From an uncultured Bacteroidota bacterium (GTDB taxonomy: Bacteria > Bacteroidota > Bacteroidia > Chitinophagales > UBA8649), in the NCBI GenBank assembly GCA_937139485.1, contig CAKZQD010000018.1:1-30179 (forward strand): 30,179 nt of DNA. Reading direction: 5' to 3'. The translations under genes and the position numbers were made by a program. Of this stretch, positions 14,908 to 24,438 are shown in pieces; the first letter of the stretch is position 1, and each line of letters starts with the position of its first letter. The notes under the pieces were generated by a model. It did not search any database. It was given only the letters and a program-made list of their open reading frames with translations, and had not been told where the DNA came from.

Positions 14908-16491
14908 TTATTTCGCAACAGAAACAGAACGCATTTCACGTATTACTGTAACTTTTACTTGTCCTGGATAAGTCATTTCTTTTTCTATTTTCTGTGAAAT
15001 TTCAAAAGATAACTCTCCAGCTCTACTATCAGAAACTTTTTCAGATTCTACAATAACTCTTACTTCTCTACCTGCTTGAATTGCATAAACTTTTTCTACG
15101 CCTTCAAATTCAAGGGCTAAGTCTTCTAAGTCTTTAATTCTTTGTAAATAGCTGTCCATTACTTCTCTACGTGCTCCAGGTCTTGCACCAGAAATAGCAT
15201 CACAGGCTTGTACTATTGGCGAAATAGCATATTTCATTTCTACTTCGTCATGGTGTGCGCCTACAGCATTGCAAACGGCTGCGTGCTCTCCGTACTTTTC
15301 ACATAGTTTCATTCCCAACAATGCGTGCGACAATTCACTATCTTCCTCAGGAACTTTACCTATATCGTGCAGTAATCCAGCTCTTTTTGCAAGTTTTGGG
15401 TTTAGACCCATTTCTGCTGCCATTGTTGCACATAAGTTTGCTGTTTCTCTAGAGTGTTGCAAAAGGTTTTGACCATAAGAAGACCTAAAACGCATTCTTC
15501 CTACATATCTTACCAATTCTGGGTGCAAACCAGAAATTCCTAAGTCTATAACTGTTCGTTGACCTATTTCTCTTATGTGCTCGTCTAGTTGTTTGTGTGT
15601 TTTCTTTACTATTTCTTCAATTCTTGCTGGGTGAATTCTTCCATCTGCTGTTAAACGCTGTAAAGATAATCTTGTAATTTCTCTTCTAATTGGATCAAAA
15701 CCAGAAATAATAATTGCTTCTGGAGTGTCATCTACTACAATTTCACAGCCTGTAGCTGCTTCTAGTGCTCTAATATTACGACCTTCTCTACCTATAATTT
15801 GACCTTTTTGGTCGTCTGATTCTAAATTAAATACAGAAACAGTGTTTTCTATAGCATGTTCTGCTGCTGTTCTTTGAATGGTTTTAATAACAATTTTCTT
15901 TGCCTCTTTACTTGCATTTGCTTTTGCTTCTTCCATTATTAACTTAACGTGTGCCATAGCATCGTTTTTGGCATCGTTTTTAAGTGTTTGTACAAGCTGG
16001 TTTTTTGCTTCTTCAGCAGAAAGATTCGAAATTTTTTCGAGTTGTTTTACAAAAGATTCGTGTTGTTTTTCTACTTTTTCTTTCTTGGTGTTTAGTAAAT
16101 TTAACTGCTCCGTTAAGTTTATTTTCAGTTTGTCTAAGTCTTTACTTTTTCGGGCATTTTCTTCAGCTTTTATGCTTGCTTGTTTTTGCCTGTCTTTCAA
16201 GCCATTTTCTTTGTCACGAACTTGGTTTTCTCTTTCTTGGTGCTTTTGTTTGCGTCTTACTTTTTCTTCGTCCCATTCTCCTCTTTTCTTTAAAAAGTAT
16301 TCTTTTGCTTCAAGGGCTTTAGATTTTTTGAGTGCTTCTGCCTCTGCTTCTGTTTTGTTTAATAGAAGGTCTGCTTCTTTTTTTGCAGCGTCTTCTATTT
16401 CTTTAGCTTTGTTTCCAGATAGTATTTTACCTACTACAAAGCCTATTATTAATGCCACAACACCGATGATAACCGGTAATAATTTTTCCAT
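14908..16491 (-). CDS. rny: ribonuclease Y
   Basis: 527 aa. N-terminal [25 protein letters not shown]-rich coiled coil, KH domain [22 protein letters not shown], and HD domain LLHDIGK. Confidence 0.92.
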   Translation of the reverse strand: MEKLLPVIIGVVALIIGFVVGKILSGNKAKEIEDAAKKEADLLLNKTEAEAEALKKSKALEAKEYFLKKRGEWDEEKVRRKQKHQERENQVRDKENGLKDRQKQASIKAEENARKSKDLDKLKINLTEQLNLLNTKKEKVEKQHESFVKQLEKISNLSAEEAKNQLVQTLKNDAKNDAMAHVKLIMEEAKANASKEAKKIVIKTIQRTAAEHAIENTVSVFNLESDDQKGQIIGREGRNIRALEAATGCEIVVDDTPEAIIISGFDPIRREITRLSLQRLTADGRIHPARIEEIVKKTHKQLDEHIREIGQRTVIDLGISGLHPELVRYVGRMRFRSSYGQNLLQHSRETANLCATMAAEMGLNPKLAKRAGLLHDIGKVPEEDSELSHALLGMKLCEKYGEHAAVCNAVGAHHDEVEMKYAISPIVQACDAISGARPGARREVMDSYLQRIKDLEDLALEFEGVEKVYAIQAGREVRVIVESEKVSDSRAGELSFEISQKIEKEMTYPGQVKVTVIREMRSVSVAK

Positions 16492-16563
16492 GTTTTTTTG
16501 TTTTCTATGTTAAAAAATAGAGTATATTTTATAATCATAAAAAAGTAAGATGGGTTTAAGGTT

Positions 16564-16857
16564 TTATTTAAATTGCTTTAAAAATTCCTCAAATTTTGAT
16601 ATTTCATCGTGTATGCCGCTGTCGATTATACTTGAATCTTTCTTTTTGTTAATGCTTTCTACAGCATACATTAGTGCGCACATGGCAAGGTAATCTTGCT
16701 TGTCTTTTGCACTGTAAGATTGCTGAAAGTCTTTTACCTTTTGGTTTATTTCTTTGGCAGCAATTCTTATATCTTCTTCTTCCGACTGCTTTATCTTTAA
16801 AGGATAGGGTCTATCGGCTATAATTAGGTTTATATTTATAGTCTTTTCTTCCTCCAT
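16564..16857 (-). CDS. zapA: cell division protein ZapA-like
   Basis: 97 aa. The (N)INLIIADRPYPLKI start is typical of ZapA, and it sits in the conserved position between pheT and rny. Confidence 0.65.
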   Translation of the reverse strand: MEEEKTININLIIADRPYPLKIKQSEEEDIRIAAKEINQKVKDFQQSYSAKDKQDYLAMCALMYAVESINKKKDSSIIDSGIHDEISKFEEFLKQFK

Positions 16858-17312
16858 TATTTAATATTAAGCGATGCAATATTTTTATCTAACTCTTTTA
16901 TATACTCGTTTATAATTTTCTTTAAATCTTCACTTTTTTCATTTACCATTGCTCCAGATCTTAAATTCTTTGCCATTTTTAGCATTTCCAATTTAAAACC
17001 TAATTCTTTAATCGTTTTTTCTTTACTTGATAATTGTTTTTTTAAAAATGCTACTTCTTGCACCAAATCATCATTTGCTGAAAGGTTTTCTGCTGGTTCT
17101 TTTTCTTCTATTTGCTTTTTAAGAAGTTCATTTTCTTTTACTAATTTATTGTTTACAGGAGATTCTACAATTACTTCTTTGGTAATTACTTTAGGTTCCT
17201 GCTCAACAACTTTTTGTTTTTGCTCCATAAGAACTGCAACCTGCTCTCGCAAGGCAGCTATTCTTTTGGCCAAATCGCCATAATCTTCAATATTATCCTC
17301 TAATATTTGCAT
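16857..17312 (-). CDS. coiled-coil hypothetical protein (conserved pheT-zapA neighbour; possible ZapB-like partner)
   Basis: 151 aa, E/K/L-rich heptad-like sequence. Its start overlaps the pheT stop by 20 nt. Confidence 0.5.
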   Translation of the reverse strand: MQILEDNIEDYGDLAKRIAALREQVAVLMEQKQKVVEQEPKVITKEVIVESPVNNKLVKENELLKKQIEEKEPAENLSANDDLVQEVAFLKKQLSSKEKTIKELGFKLEMLKMAKNLRSGAMVNEKSEDLKKIINEYIKELDKNIASLNIK

Positions 17313-19707
17313 TTAATTCGTTTTGTAAATTACGTACTACTTTTGCAATTATTTTATCAATTTCTTTATCTACTAGTGTTTTTTCTTTATTTAAAAGCTT
17401 TAAACTAATAGCGTAAGACTTCTTGTTTTCGCCAATTTTATCCTTATCTCTGTATATATCAAACAGTTCTACAGCGGTTAGGTAATTTTTAGCAGACTTA
17501 AAGATAGACTTTTTTATAGAATCAAATTTAATTTCATCATCTAATATTAAAGCTAAATCTCTCTTTACTTCTGGAAACTTTGGTACTGCTTGAAACTTTA
17601 CTTTGTTTTTTCTATATAATTTTTGAATATAGTTCCAATTTAGCTCGCCATAAAAAACGGCTTGTTTAATGTCTTGTTTTGCTGCTATTGCTTCATTTAC
17701 TTGACCAATTTTTCCTATATTTTTCCCATTTTTAGTTAGCGATATTCCATATTCAAATGTATTATCTTCTATTTCTTCTAAATCTACATCTTTTATTTTT
17801 AGTTTTTCTAAAACAGCTTGTGCTGCATTCAAAACATGATAAAAGTTTGACTTTTCTTGCTTTTGCTTCCAGTTTTGCGTTTTATTTTCTCCAGTTTGGA
17901 AAAAAACCAACTTTTCATCTTGACTGTAATCTGTATTATATACATTTCCAAATTCAAAAAGTTTCAAATTTGGCATTTTTCTATTGATATTATGTGCTAA
18001 AACTTCCAAACCGTCATATAAAATATTTGCACGCATTATGTCTAGTTCTGCTGTCATGCTGTTTTGCAGGCGAACTAAGTTTTTTTGACTTTCTTCATCA
18101 TAAAAAACAGATTTTGAAATAGAATTGGTCATTATTTCTGAAAAACCAAAGCCTGTAAGTGCATCTGAAATAGTGTTTTTCAGTAAATCTTTATCTAAAC
18201 CTTGTTTAAAACTCAAAGTAGAAAAAACAGCTGTTGGCGTTTCTATATTATTAAACCCATAAATACGCATTACTTCTTCTACTACATCTATTTCGCGCTG
18301 AACATCTGCTCTGTATTGGGGAACTTCTAGGTTCAAAACATCGCCTTCTTCTTTTACAATTTCTATTTCTAAATCTTGTAGAATTTGTTTTACGGTTTCT
18401 TTTGCTAAGTCTTTTCCTGTAATAGTATTCAATCTAGAATATCTAAAACGCACTTTAAAAGGTTCAATTTTGTTTGGATAAACATCTTGAATATCAGAAA
18501 TGATTTCTCCATTTGCTAGTTCACAAATTAAACTTGCGGCTCTTTTCAGAGCTTCTATAGTAATATTTGGATCTGCACCTTTTTCGTATCTACTAGCTGC
18601 GTCTGTTTTTAATTTGTGACGTGTAGAAGTTTTTCTTACAGAAGCACTATCAAAATATGCCGATTCTAAGAAAATGGTTTTAGTACTTTCTTTTACTCCA
18701 GATTTAATTCCACCAAAAACACCTGCTATACACATGCTTTCTTTGGTGTTTTTTATCATCAAATCTTCATTGCTTAATTCTATTTCTTTTTCGTCAAGGC
18801 AAGTAAATGCTTCTTTTTCATTAGCAGTTGTTACAATTACTTTATTTCCAGTAATTTCATCTGCATCAAAAGCGTGTAAAGGCTGTCCGTATTCTTTCAA
18901 TACAAAATTGGTAATGTCTACAATGTTGTTTACTGGTTTTAAACCTACTGCCTTCAATCTGTTTTGAAGCCACATTGGCGAATCTTTTACTTCAACATTG
19001 TCTATTAAAACACTAGAATACCTTGGGCAAAGGGTTTCATTTTTTATTTCTACTTCTATTTTTTTATCACTAGCTTTTTTTGCTGGCAATTCAAATTTTG
19101 GAAAACTGTAGGTTGTTTTTTCTTCATCAAAAACATTTAGTGCAGCAGCAATATCTCTTGCTACACCAATATGCGACATGGCATCAGATCTGTTTGGTGT
19201 TAAACCTATTTCAAAAATGACGTCTTGCTCTACTTCAAAAATATCTTTGGCTAAAGTTCCAGTAGGCGTATTTTCTGGTAAAACCATTATGCCATCATGG
19301 TCTGTTCCTAAGCTCAACTCTACTTCAGAACACAACATTCCGTGAGAATCTTCGCCTCTTAGTTTCGATTTTTTTATCGTAAAAGAACCTTTATCGTCAT
19401 AAAGCGTAGTGCCAATTGTAGCAACGATAACTTTTTGTCCTGCAGCTACATTTGGTGCGCCACATACTATAGATAAATCTTCTCCTTCTCCAATATTTAC
19501 TTTTGTAACCGCTAGTTTGTCAGCGTTTGGGTGTTTTTCTTTAGATTTTACTTCTCCTACTACAAAACCTTCTAAACCACCTTTTATAGATTCAAATTTT
19601 TCAACTTTCTCTACTTCCAAACCAGTGTTTGTAAGAATATCTGCCACTTCTTGAGGGCTTTTATCTAAGTTTATGTAGGCTTTTAGCCAGTTGTAAGAAA
19701 TTTTCAT
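17293..19707 (-). CDS. pheT: phenylalanine--tRNA ligase beta subunit
   Basis: 804 aa. MKISYNWLKAYINLD tRNA-binding-domain start, B3/4 and B5 regions, and the C-terminal anticodon-binding fold are all typical of PheT. Confidence 0.93.
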   Translation of the reverse strand: MKISYNWLKAYINLDKSPQEVADILTNTGLEVEKVEKFESIKGGLEGFVVGEVKSKEKHPNADKLAVTKVNIGEGEDLSIVCGAPNVAAGQKVIVATIGTTLYDDKGSFTIKKSKLRGEDSHGMLCSEVELSLGTDHDGIMVLPENTPTGTLAKDIFEVEQDVIFEIGLTPNRSDAMSHIGVARDIAAALNVFDEEKTTYSFPKFELPAKKASDKKIEVEIKNETLCPRYSSVLIDNVEVKDSPMWLQNRLKAVGLKPVNNIVDITNFVLKEYGQPLHAFDADEITGNKVIVTTANEKEAFTCLDEKEIELSNEDLMIKNTKESMCIAGVFGGIKSGVKESTKTIFLESAYFDSASVRKTSTRHKLKTDAASRYEKGADPNITIEALKRAASLICELANGEIISDIQDVYPNKIEPFKVRFRYSRLNTITGKDLAKETVKQILQDLEIEIVKEEGDVLNLEVPQYRADVQREIDVVEEVMRIYGFNNIETPTAVFSTLSFKQGLDKDLLKNTISDALTGFGFSEIMTNSISKSVFYDEESQKNLVRLQNSMTAELDIMRANILYDGLEVLAHNINRKMPNLKLFEFGNVYNTDYSQDEKLVFFQTGENKTQNWKQKQEKSNFYHVLNAAQAVLEKLKIKDVDLEEIEDNTFEYGISLTKNGKNIGKIGQVNEAIAAKQDIKQAVFYGELNWNYIQKLYRKNKVKFQAVPKFPEVKRDLALILDDEIKFDSIKKSIFKSAKNYLTAVELFDIYRDKDKIGENKKSYAISLKLLNKEKTLVDKEIDKIIAKVVRNLQNELNANIRG

Positions 19708-19944
19708 ATTGTTTGTTTTTGGTCAAAAAAGACCTTAACCACACTTATTTAGTATAGAAATACAAATATACAAGCAATAAAAATGCTATAAAAGTGAAAG
19801 AATAAAAATTAAATACATTTAGTATAAAAAAGTGTACACTAGCTTTAAAAGCTAGGCTTTATTGTGAAAGTTCTAAAGAAACCTAACACATAAATTTAGT
19901 ATAACAGAGTAAAATTAATTTATTCTTCAATGAAAATCAGTCTT

Positions 19945-20820
19945 TTACAATTCTATATGCGTAGAATTAATGATTTTTTGGTCTGAAGATCTAGTAAAAG
20001 CTACTAACTCCATGTTTTCCATTTTCCATTCTACAGCAGGGTCAAAATCTTCATCGTCTAAATCTATTTCAAATTCTTTTATTATAACAGTATTTGCTTC
20101 TATGCTAGCTGTTAAAGTTTCTCCATAAATAGAACCAATAAAACTTCTCAATACATGCTCGTGCTTATAGTCTTTTATTTTTGTAGAACCGTCTAGTTGT
20201 TCTGCTTTTATATTGCTTTCAGTTAGTGCAAAGCCTAAATTTACACCTGTAGCTTGTTGTGCAAAATTTAATGTAATTCTGTACCTTACTGTTCGTTCAT
20301 TAATGTCTTGAAATATGCTTTCCAGTTTCATATCTATAGGAGTAGTTGTTGCCAATTCTTGGTTTACAAAGCTTTCCCAAGTATTTGGGTCTGGAACTAC
20401 AATATTTACAGCACTTCCAAAAATAGTTCTGTTTATATATGTAGATGGTTTGCCGCCAATGGGGCCAAGCGGCGCCAAAGCCATTTCTTGTGCATCATCG
20501 TTTCTTAAATCTGGGCTATCATCATAAGGTGCAGCTAAAAAATTAGAGTGAATAGCCATTACTGTTACTCTTCCTGGGTTGTTGCTTGAAATTTCTTTTG
20601 TTTTTAATGTTCCTGCAGGGCAGTTTGCACACCTTACACCAGAAAATTCTTCCATTAATACATTTTTTGGAACTTCTGCTATATTGGAAGAAGAAACATA
20701 AGTAGAATCAAATAATGGTAATTGAGAAGGATCTGTAATAACAGCCGTTTCTACTTCTTTACATTGTGCCGACAATAAAATAATTGTAGCTATTAATATG
20801 ATATTGAAAAACTTTGACAT
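19945..20820 (-). CDS. outer-membrane-associated lipoprotein with a CxxC motif (Omp28-related family is suspected, from memory)
   Basis: 291 aa. Lipobox LLSAQC. Contains FSGVRCANCPAG. Confidence 0.5.
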   Translation of the reverse strand: MSKFFNIILIATIILLSAQCKEVETAVITDPSQLPLFDSTYVSSSNIAEVPKNVLMEEFSGVRCANCPAGTLKTKEISSNNPGRVTVMAIHSNFLAAPYDDSPDLRNDDAQEMALAPLGPIGGKPSTYINRTIFGSAVNIVVPDPNTWESFVNQELATTTPIDMKLESIFQDINERTVRYRITLNFAQQATGVNLGFALTESNIKAEQLDGSTKIKDYKHEHVLRSFIGSIYGETLTASIEANTVIIKEFEIDLDDEDFDPAVEWKMENMELVAFTRSSDQKIINSTHIEL

Positions 20821-20847
20821 GATATTTTATTTTTTAAACGATAAAAA

Positions 20848-22491
20848 TTAGAAACTAGTGTTTATTCCTGCTTTTACTCCATTAAATGAAGGCTCTAGTC
20901 TACAAACACCACCAGTACACACTATACCTTCTACTTGCCTTACATACGAAGCAAAGAAACGAGTAGTTTTATGTGTATATGAAGTAAATATTGAATAATA
21001 ATGTTCATTGTCTTTACTAGATTTATTTTTTCCTTTTACTACATTCCATTGGTCAGAAATCGAAATTGTAAAACTTGGTGCTATGCTAAACTCTGCCAGT
21101 AAAAACATCCATTGACCAAAGTCTGCTGGTACATATTGGTATTGAATTTCTGTTCTCAATGCTTTTTTTCTATCAAATTTATATGTCAACTCAAAGAAAG
21201 GCGTAAAAGCCATTACGTTTGTAGATAAGCCTGCTGGACCTTCATAAAAATCTTGGTTATATTGTATAAACTGAAAACCAGCTTCTCCTTTAACTTTTTT
21301 ACTTGCTTTCCAATCTACATCGGCATTTAGTTCTCTAAAAAGTTTTGTTTTGTCCCAGTATTTAAAGCTTACATCTAAATCATGAATTTCTGACCAAGTA
21401 AAGTGAAATGCCAATTTTTTACTTATTTTTTTTGTAATATCTACAGAAATAGCAACTTCACCTATTTCTTGAGATGCAGGAGCATAACGAGCAGGCAAAC
21501 GCACCGAGTTTTGTTTGTTTGTAGGTGGAATAAAGTTTAATGCACCATTTAATATAGAACCATTAGATTCTGGTGAGTCTCTAAACTGAAAATTTTCTGT
21601 TCTTTTAAATTGTCCTGTAATTCCAAAGCCTTTGGTAGAATATGTTAAGCTTGTGTAAACTATATTTCCTGCTTTGTTTTGGTAAGGAAGTCCTTGCGCT
21701 ATTTTAATAGCTTCTTTTGTTTTATAAGCACCTTCTATATACCAACTAAATTTTTTAAAATTCAGCGTATTGTAAGCAGAAAAAATATAGGTATTAAAAA
21801 CAGGCTTAAACCTATCGTCAAAATTTGGGTATGCATTTATATTGTTTACCAAACCAGTCATAGTTTCTTTACTAAGTGTTCTGTTTACTACAGAAACTCC
21901 TGGGTTTAAAGTAACATTGTCTCCTATAGCAAACGTAGCTTCTCCATTTACGCCTTTTACAAAAGCTTCACTTGTAGGAATTACTTTTTCTGAAAGTCTA
22001 TTGTTTCTTAAACCTCCAAAAGCTTTTAAAGTTACATTTTTAGTTAAATCATATTTGGCGTGTAAACCAAAAATAGAATTGTCTATTCCTAAAAATCTAT
22101 CTTCATAGGCTCTAAAAGCAATTCCACTTCCAAACTGATCGTAAAAGTGACCTCCAGTAATGCTAAGTTTTCCAATATCTTTTTTTACAAAAAAGTTTCC
22201 AAGTTTAACTCTTGTAAAAGAATTTCCTGGTGCGTGTAAATTTGAATTTACGTGAAAATCCATTCTTAAACCAACTTGAAGTCCCCATTTTTCGTTTCTA
22301 TAATTAGAACTTAACCAAGCATCCATAGACGATTTTTCACTGTCGTATTGTGGTGTATTTGCCGCTCCAATAGTTGTGTCTCTTACATAATAATCGTTTC
22401 TCAATTCTAAATCTCCAGAAAAATATCCCTGAGAAAATAAATTGCTGTTACAGAGAAAAATAACACCTACTAGGATTAATTTTTTAAACAT
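20848..22491 (-). CDS. outer-membrane beta-barrel protein (porin-like; partner of the preceding lipoprotein)
   Basis: 547 aa. Signal peptide, alternating amphipathic beta-strand pattern, and an aromatic C-terminal residue (...GINTSF). Confidence 0.55.
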   Translation of the reverse strand: MFKKLILVGVIFLCNSNLFSQGYFSGDLELRNDYYVRDTTIGAANTPQYDSEKSSMDAWLSSNYRNEKWGLQVGLRMDFHVNSNLHAPGNSFTRVKLGNFFVKKDIGKLSITGGHFYDQFGSGIAFRAYEDRFLGIDNSIFGLHAKYDLTKNVTLKAFGGLRNNRLSEKVIPTSEAFVKGVNGEATFAIGDNVTLNPGVSVVNRTLSKETMTGLVNNINAYPNFDDRFKPVFNTYIFSAYNTLNFKKFSWYIEGAYKTKEAIKIAQGLPYQNKAGNIVYTSLTYSTKGFGITGQFKRTENFQFRDSPESNGSILNGALNFIPPTNKQNSVRLPARYAPASQEIGEVAISVDITKKISKKLAFHFTWSEIHDLDVSFKYWDKTKLFRELNADVDWKASKKVKGEAGFQFIQYNQDFYEGPAGLSTNVMAFTPFFELTYKFDRKKALRTEIQYQYVPADFGQWMFLLAEFSIAPSFTISISDQWNVVKGKNKSSKDNEHYYSIFTSYTHKTTRFFASYVRQVEGIVCTGGVCRLEPSFNGVKAGINTSF

Positions 22492-22623
22492 AAGCCTTTT
22501 TTAAATTAATTGATTTCAAATTATTTCGTAAATTTAATAAACTTAGCCATATATTTGAATTCGAGATGCATAAATTTGCTTTTGGCACAATGATTGCCTT
22601 TACATTATTAAAAATAAAAGAAC

Positions 22624-23127
22624 ATGAAAAAGATATTATTAAGTTTAGCTGTATTTACATTAGTTTTTACAATGAGTCTTTCGGCACAAACAAAAGGACA
22701 AAAATTGCCTGGAATTAAAATTAAAGACTTGTCTGGAAAGTCTGTAGACATTTCTAAATATAGCGAGAATGGCAAAATGACAGTAATCAGTTTTTGGGCT
22801 ACTTGGTGTTTACCTTGTAAAAAAGAGTTAAACAATATTTCAGAACTTTATGAAGAGTGGGTAGAAGATTACAATGTTGAAGTTGTGGCTATTTCTATAG
22901 ACGATTCTAGAAATGCCTCTAAAGTTACTTCTTATATAAATGGACAAGGTTGGGAGTTTGATGTATTGCTTGATGCAAACTCTGATTTAAAAAGAGCTTT
23001 AAATTTTCAAACAGTACCTTATACTTTATTGGTAGATGCCAAAGGGGAAATAGTTTATAGGCATACTGGTTATGTAGAAGGCGATGAATATATACTTGAA
23101 GACGAAATAATAAAATTTGGTAAGTAG
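22624..23127 (+). CDS. TlpA/ResA-like periplasmic thiol-disulfide oxidoreductase (redoxin fold)
   Basis: 167 aa. Signal peptide and a WATWCLPCKKE CxxC active site. Confidence 0.8.
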   Translation: MKKILLSLAVFTLVFTMSLSAQTKGQKLPGIKIKDLSGKSVDISKYSENGKMTVISFWATWCLPCKKELNNISELYEEWVEDYNVEVVAISIDDSRNASKVTSYINGQGWEFDVLLDANSDLKRALNFQTVPYTLLVDAKGEIVYRHTGYVEGDEYILEDEIIKFGK

Positions 23128-23152
23128 TACTTATTTTACAAAAAAGATATTA

Positions 23153-23190
23153 AATCCTGATGTGAGTGAAAGCTTCATCAGGATTTTTTT
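23153..23190 (+). terminator. Rho-independent terminator after the redoxin gene
   Basis: aatcctgatg ... catcaggatt stem followed by ttttttt. The T-run overlaps the track-called ATG at 23191, so the next gene more likely starts at 23206. Confidence 0.7.
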
Positions 23191-23205
23191 ATGTACTTTT
23201 GTAAT

Positions 23206-23682
23206 ATGAAAAAAGTAACAATAATATTTACAACGCTTTTGTTTGTTTTGCTTATATCTAGTTGTGACGACAGTAGAATTTTTGAAGAAAATAAAGATTT
23301 TGAAAGTTATGCTTGGTCTTATGAAAATATTGTAAAATTTGAAACTGAACTTACAGATTCTTTAGCAAACAATGTTATTGTAAACTTTAGACACACACAT
23401 TTTTTTGGATCTAGAAATTTACTTTTGATGCTTCACATTACAACACCTTCTGGTAAAAAAACAACTACAAAAATTAATATTCCACTTTCAGAGCCCAATG
23501 GAATGTGGTATGCAGACTGTACTGGAGATATTTGCGATATACAATATAATGTTCCTGAATTTAAAAACTATACTTTTTCCGAAACAGGAAAATACACTTT
23601 TGAATTAGAACAAGAAATGAGAGAAAGCCCTTTGAAGAATGTAATGGCTGTTGGTTTAAGAATTGAAAAAGCAAGCAAATAA
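23206..23682 (+). CDS. hypothetical lipoprotein
   Basis: Starts MKKVTIIFTTLLFVLLISSCDD (lipobox). About 158 aa. No assignable motif. Confidence 0.5.
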   Translation: MKKVTIIFTTLLFVLLISSCDDSRIFEENKDFESYAWSYENIVKFETELTDSLANNVIVNFRHTHFFGSRNLLLMLHITTPSGKKTTTKINIPLSEPNGMWYADCTGDICDIQYNVPEFKNYTFSETGKYTFELEQEMRESPLKNVMAVGLRIEKASK

Positions 23683-24176
23683 TGAAAAAGGTATTTTATA
23701 TATTTATAATGATTTTGTTTTTTTCTGCTTGTAAAAATTTTACTGGCGAAGTAAGAACCATAGAAAAAGATAGTTTTGAAATAGAACTGCCAGATTGGTT
23801 AGAGGAAACCAATGACTTAGCACCACACGCGCATTATCAGTTTAAAAGTAGGTATAGAAATACTTATGGAATAATAGTAAAAACACCTAAAGAAAATAAA
23901 TCTTTTGTAGATTATCAAAAAGAAGGTGTTGGAGTAATTAGAAACTTTAATGAAATTACAAATTTGTTTGTAACAGATTCTGTTTATGAAAACAATGTTT
24001 ATGCACTTCAACTTATGGGAGACATTGATTCTGAAAAAGTTTTTTACTGGCACAATACTTATGAAAGTTCAAACAATTATTATCAACTAGTACTTTGGAC
24101 AAGAAGCTACGATAGAAAACAAAAATATACGCCAGTAATTGAAAAGGTAATCAATTCTTTTAAGATAAAAGAATAG
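23682..24176 (+). CDS. hypothetical lipoprotein
   Basis: 164 aa. MKKVFYIFIMILFFSACKNF lipobox. Its start overlaps the stop of the previous gene. Confidence 0.5.
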   Translation: MKKVFYIFIMILFFSACKNFTGEVRTIEKDSFEIELPDWLEETNDLAPHAHYQFKSRYRNTYGIIVKTPKENKSFVDYQKEGVGVIRNFNEITNLFVTDSVYENNVYALQLMGDIDSEKVFYWHNTYESSNNYYQLVLWTRSYDRKQKYTPVIEKVINSFKIKE

Positions 24177-24302
24177 GTTTTTTTTGCTTAAACTAAGCCG
24201 CTTACAACTATTAAATTGTTTTTTTTTAGCAGTTGAAGTATGTATTTTATCAACGAAAAAGTAATAACAGACTTGGTGACTTTTGAATAAATAACAAAAC
24301 TT

Positions 24303-24332
24303 AAACCTAATGAAGGCGCATCAAATTGGTGT
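24303..24332 (+). terminator. Hairpin plus T-run 130 nt downstream of the lipoprotein pair (terminator, or leader structure of the symporter gene)
   Basis: aaggcgca, tcaaattgg, tgtgcctt with one G-U pair, followed by tttttt. Confidence 0.4.
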
Positions 24333-24438
24333 GCCTTTTTTTATGCACTCAATTTTTATTGGTTTATAAGAGAAAGTGTCGTTTCTCATTTCTTTATTAC
24401 TTTAAACTTACTTTGGCTTTTCAAAGAACAAAAACAAG

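Noticed and set aside
15255-16513. Plus-strand ORFs inside rny, including a 211-aa S/F/L-rich ORF (15878..16513)
   Set aside because: They are antisense to RNase Y's K/E-rich coiled-coil region (AAG/GAA-rich sense gives CTT/TTC-rich antisense). The composition is low-complexity, and no start context is apparent.
23191-23205. Track start codon at 23191 for the lipoprotein gene (MYFCNMKK...)
   Set aside because: ATG 23191 sits inside the T-run of the upstream terminator. The ATG at 23206 gives a standard lipoprotein signal peptide (MKKVTIIFTTLLFVLLISSC), so the later start is preferred.
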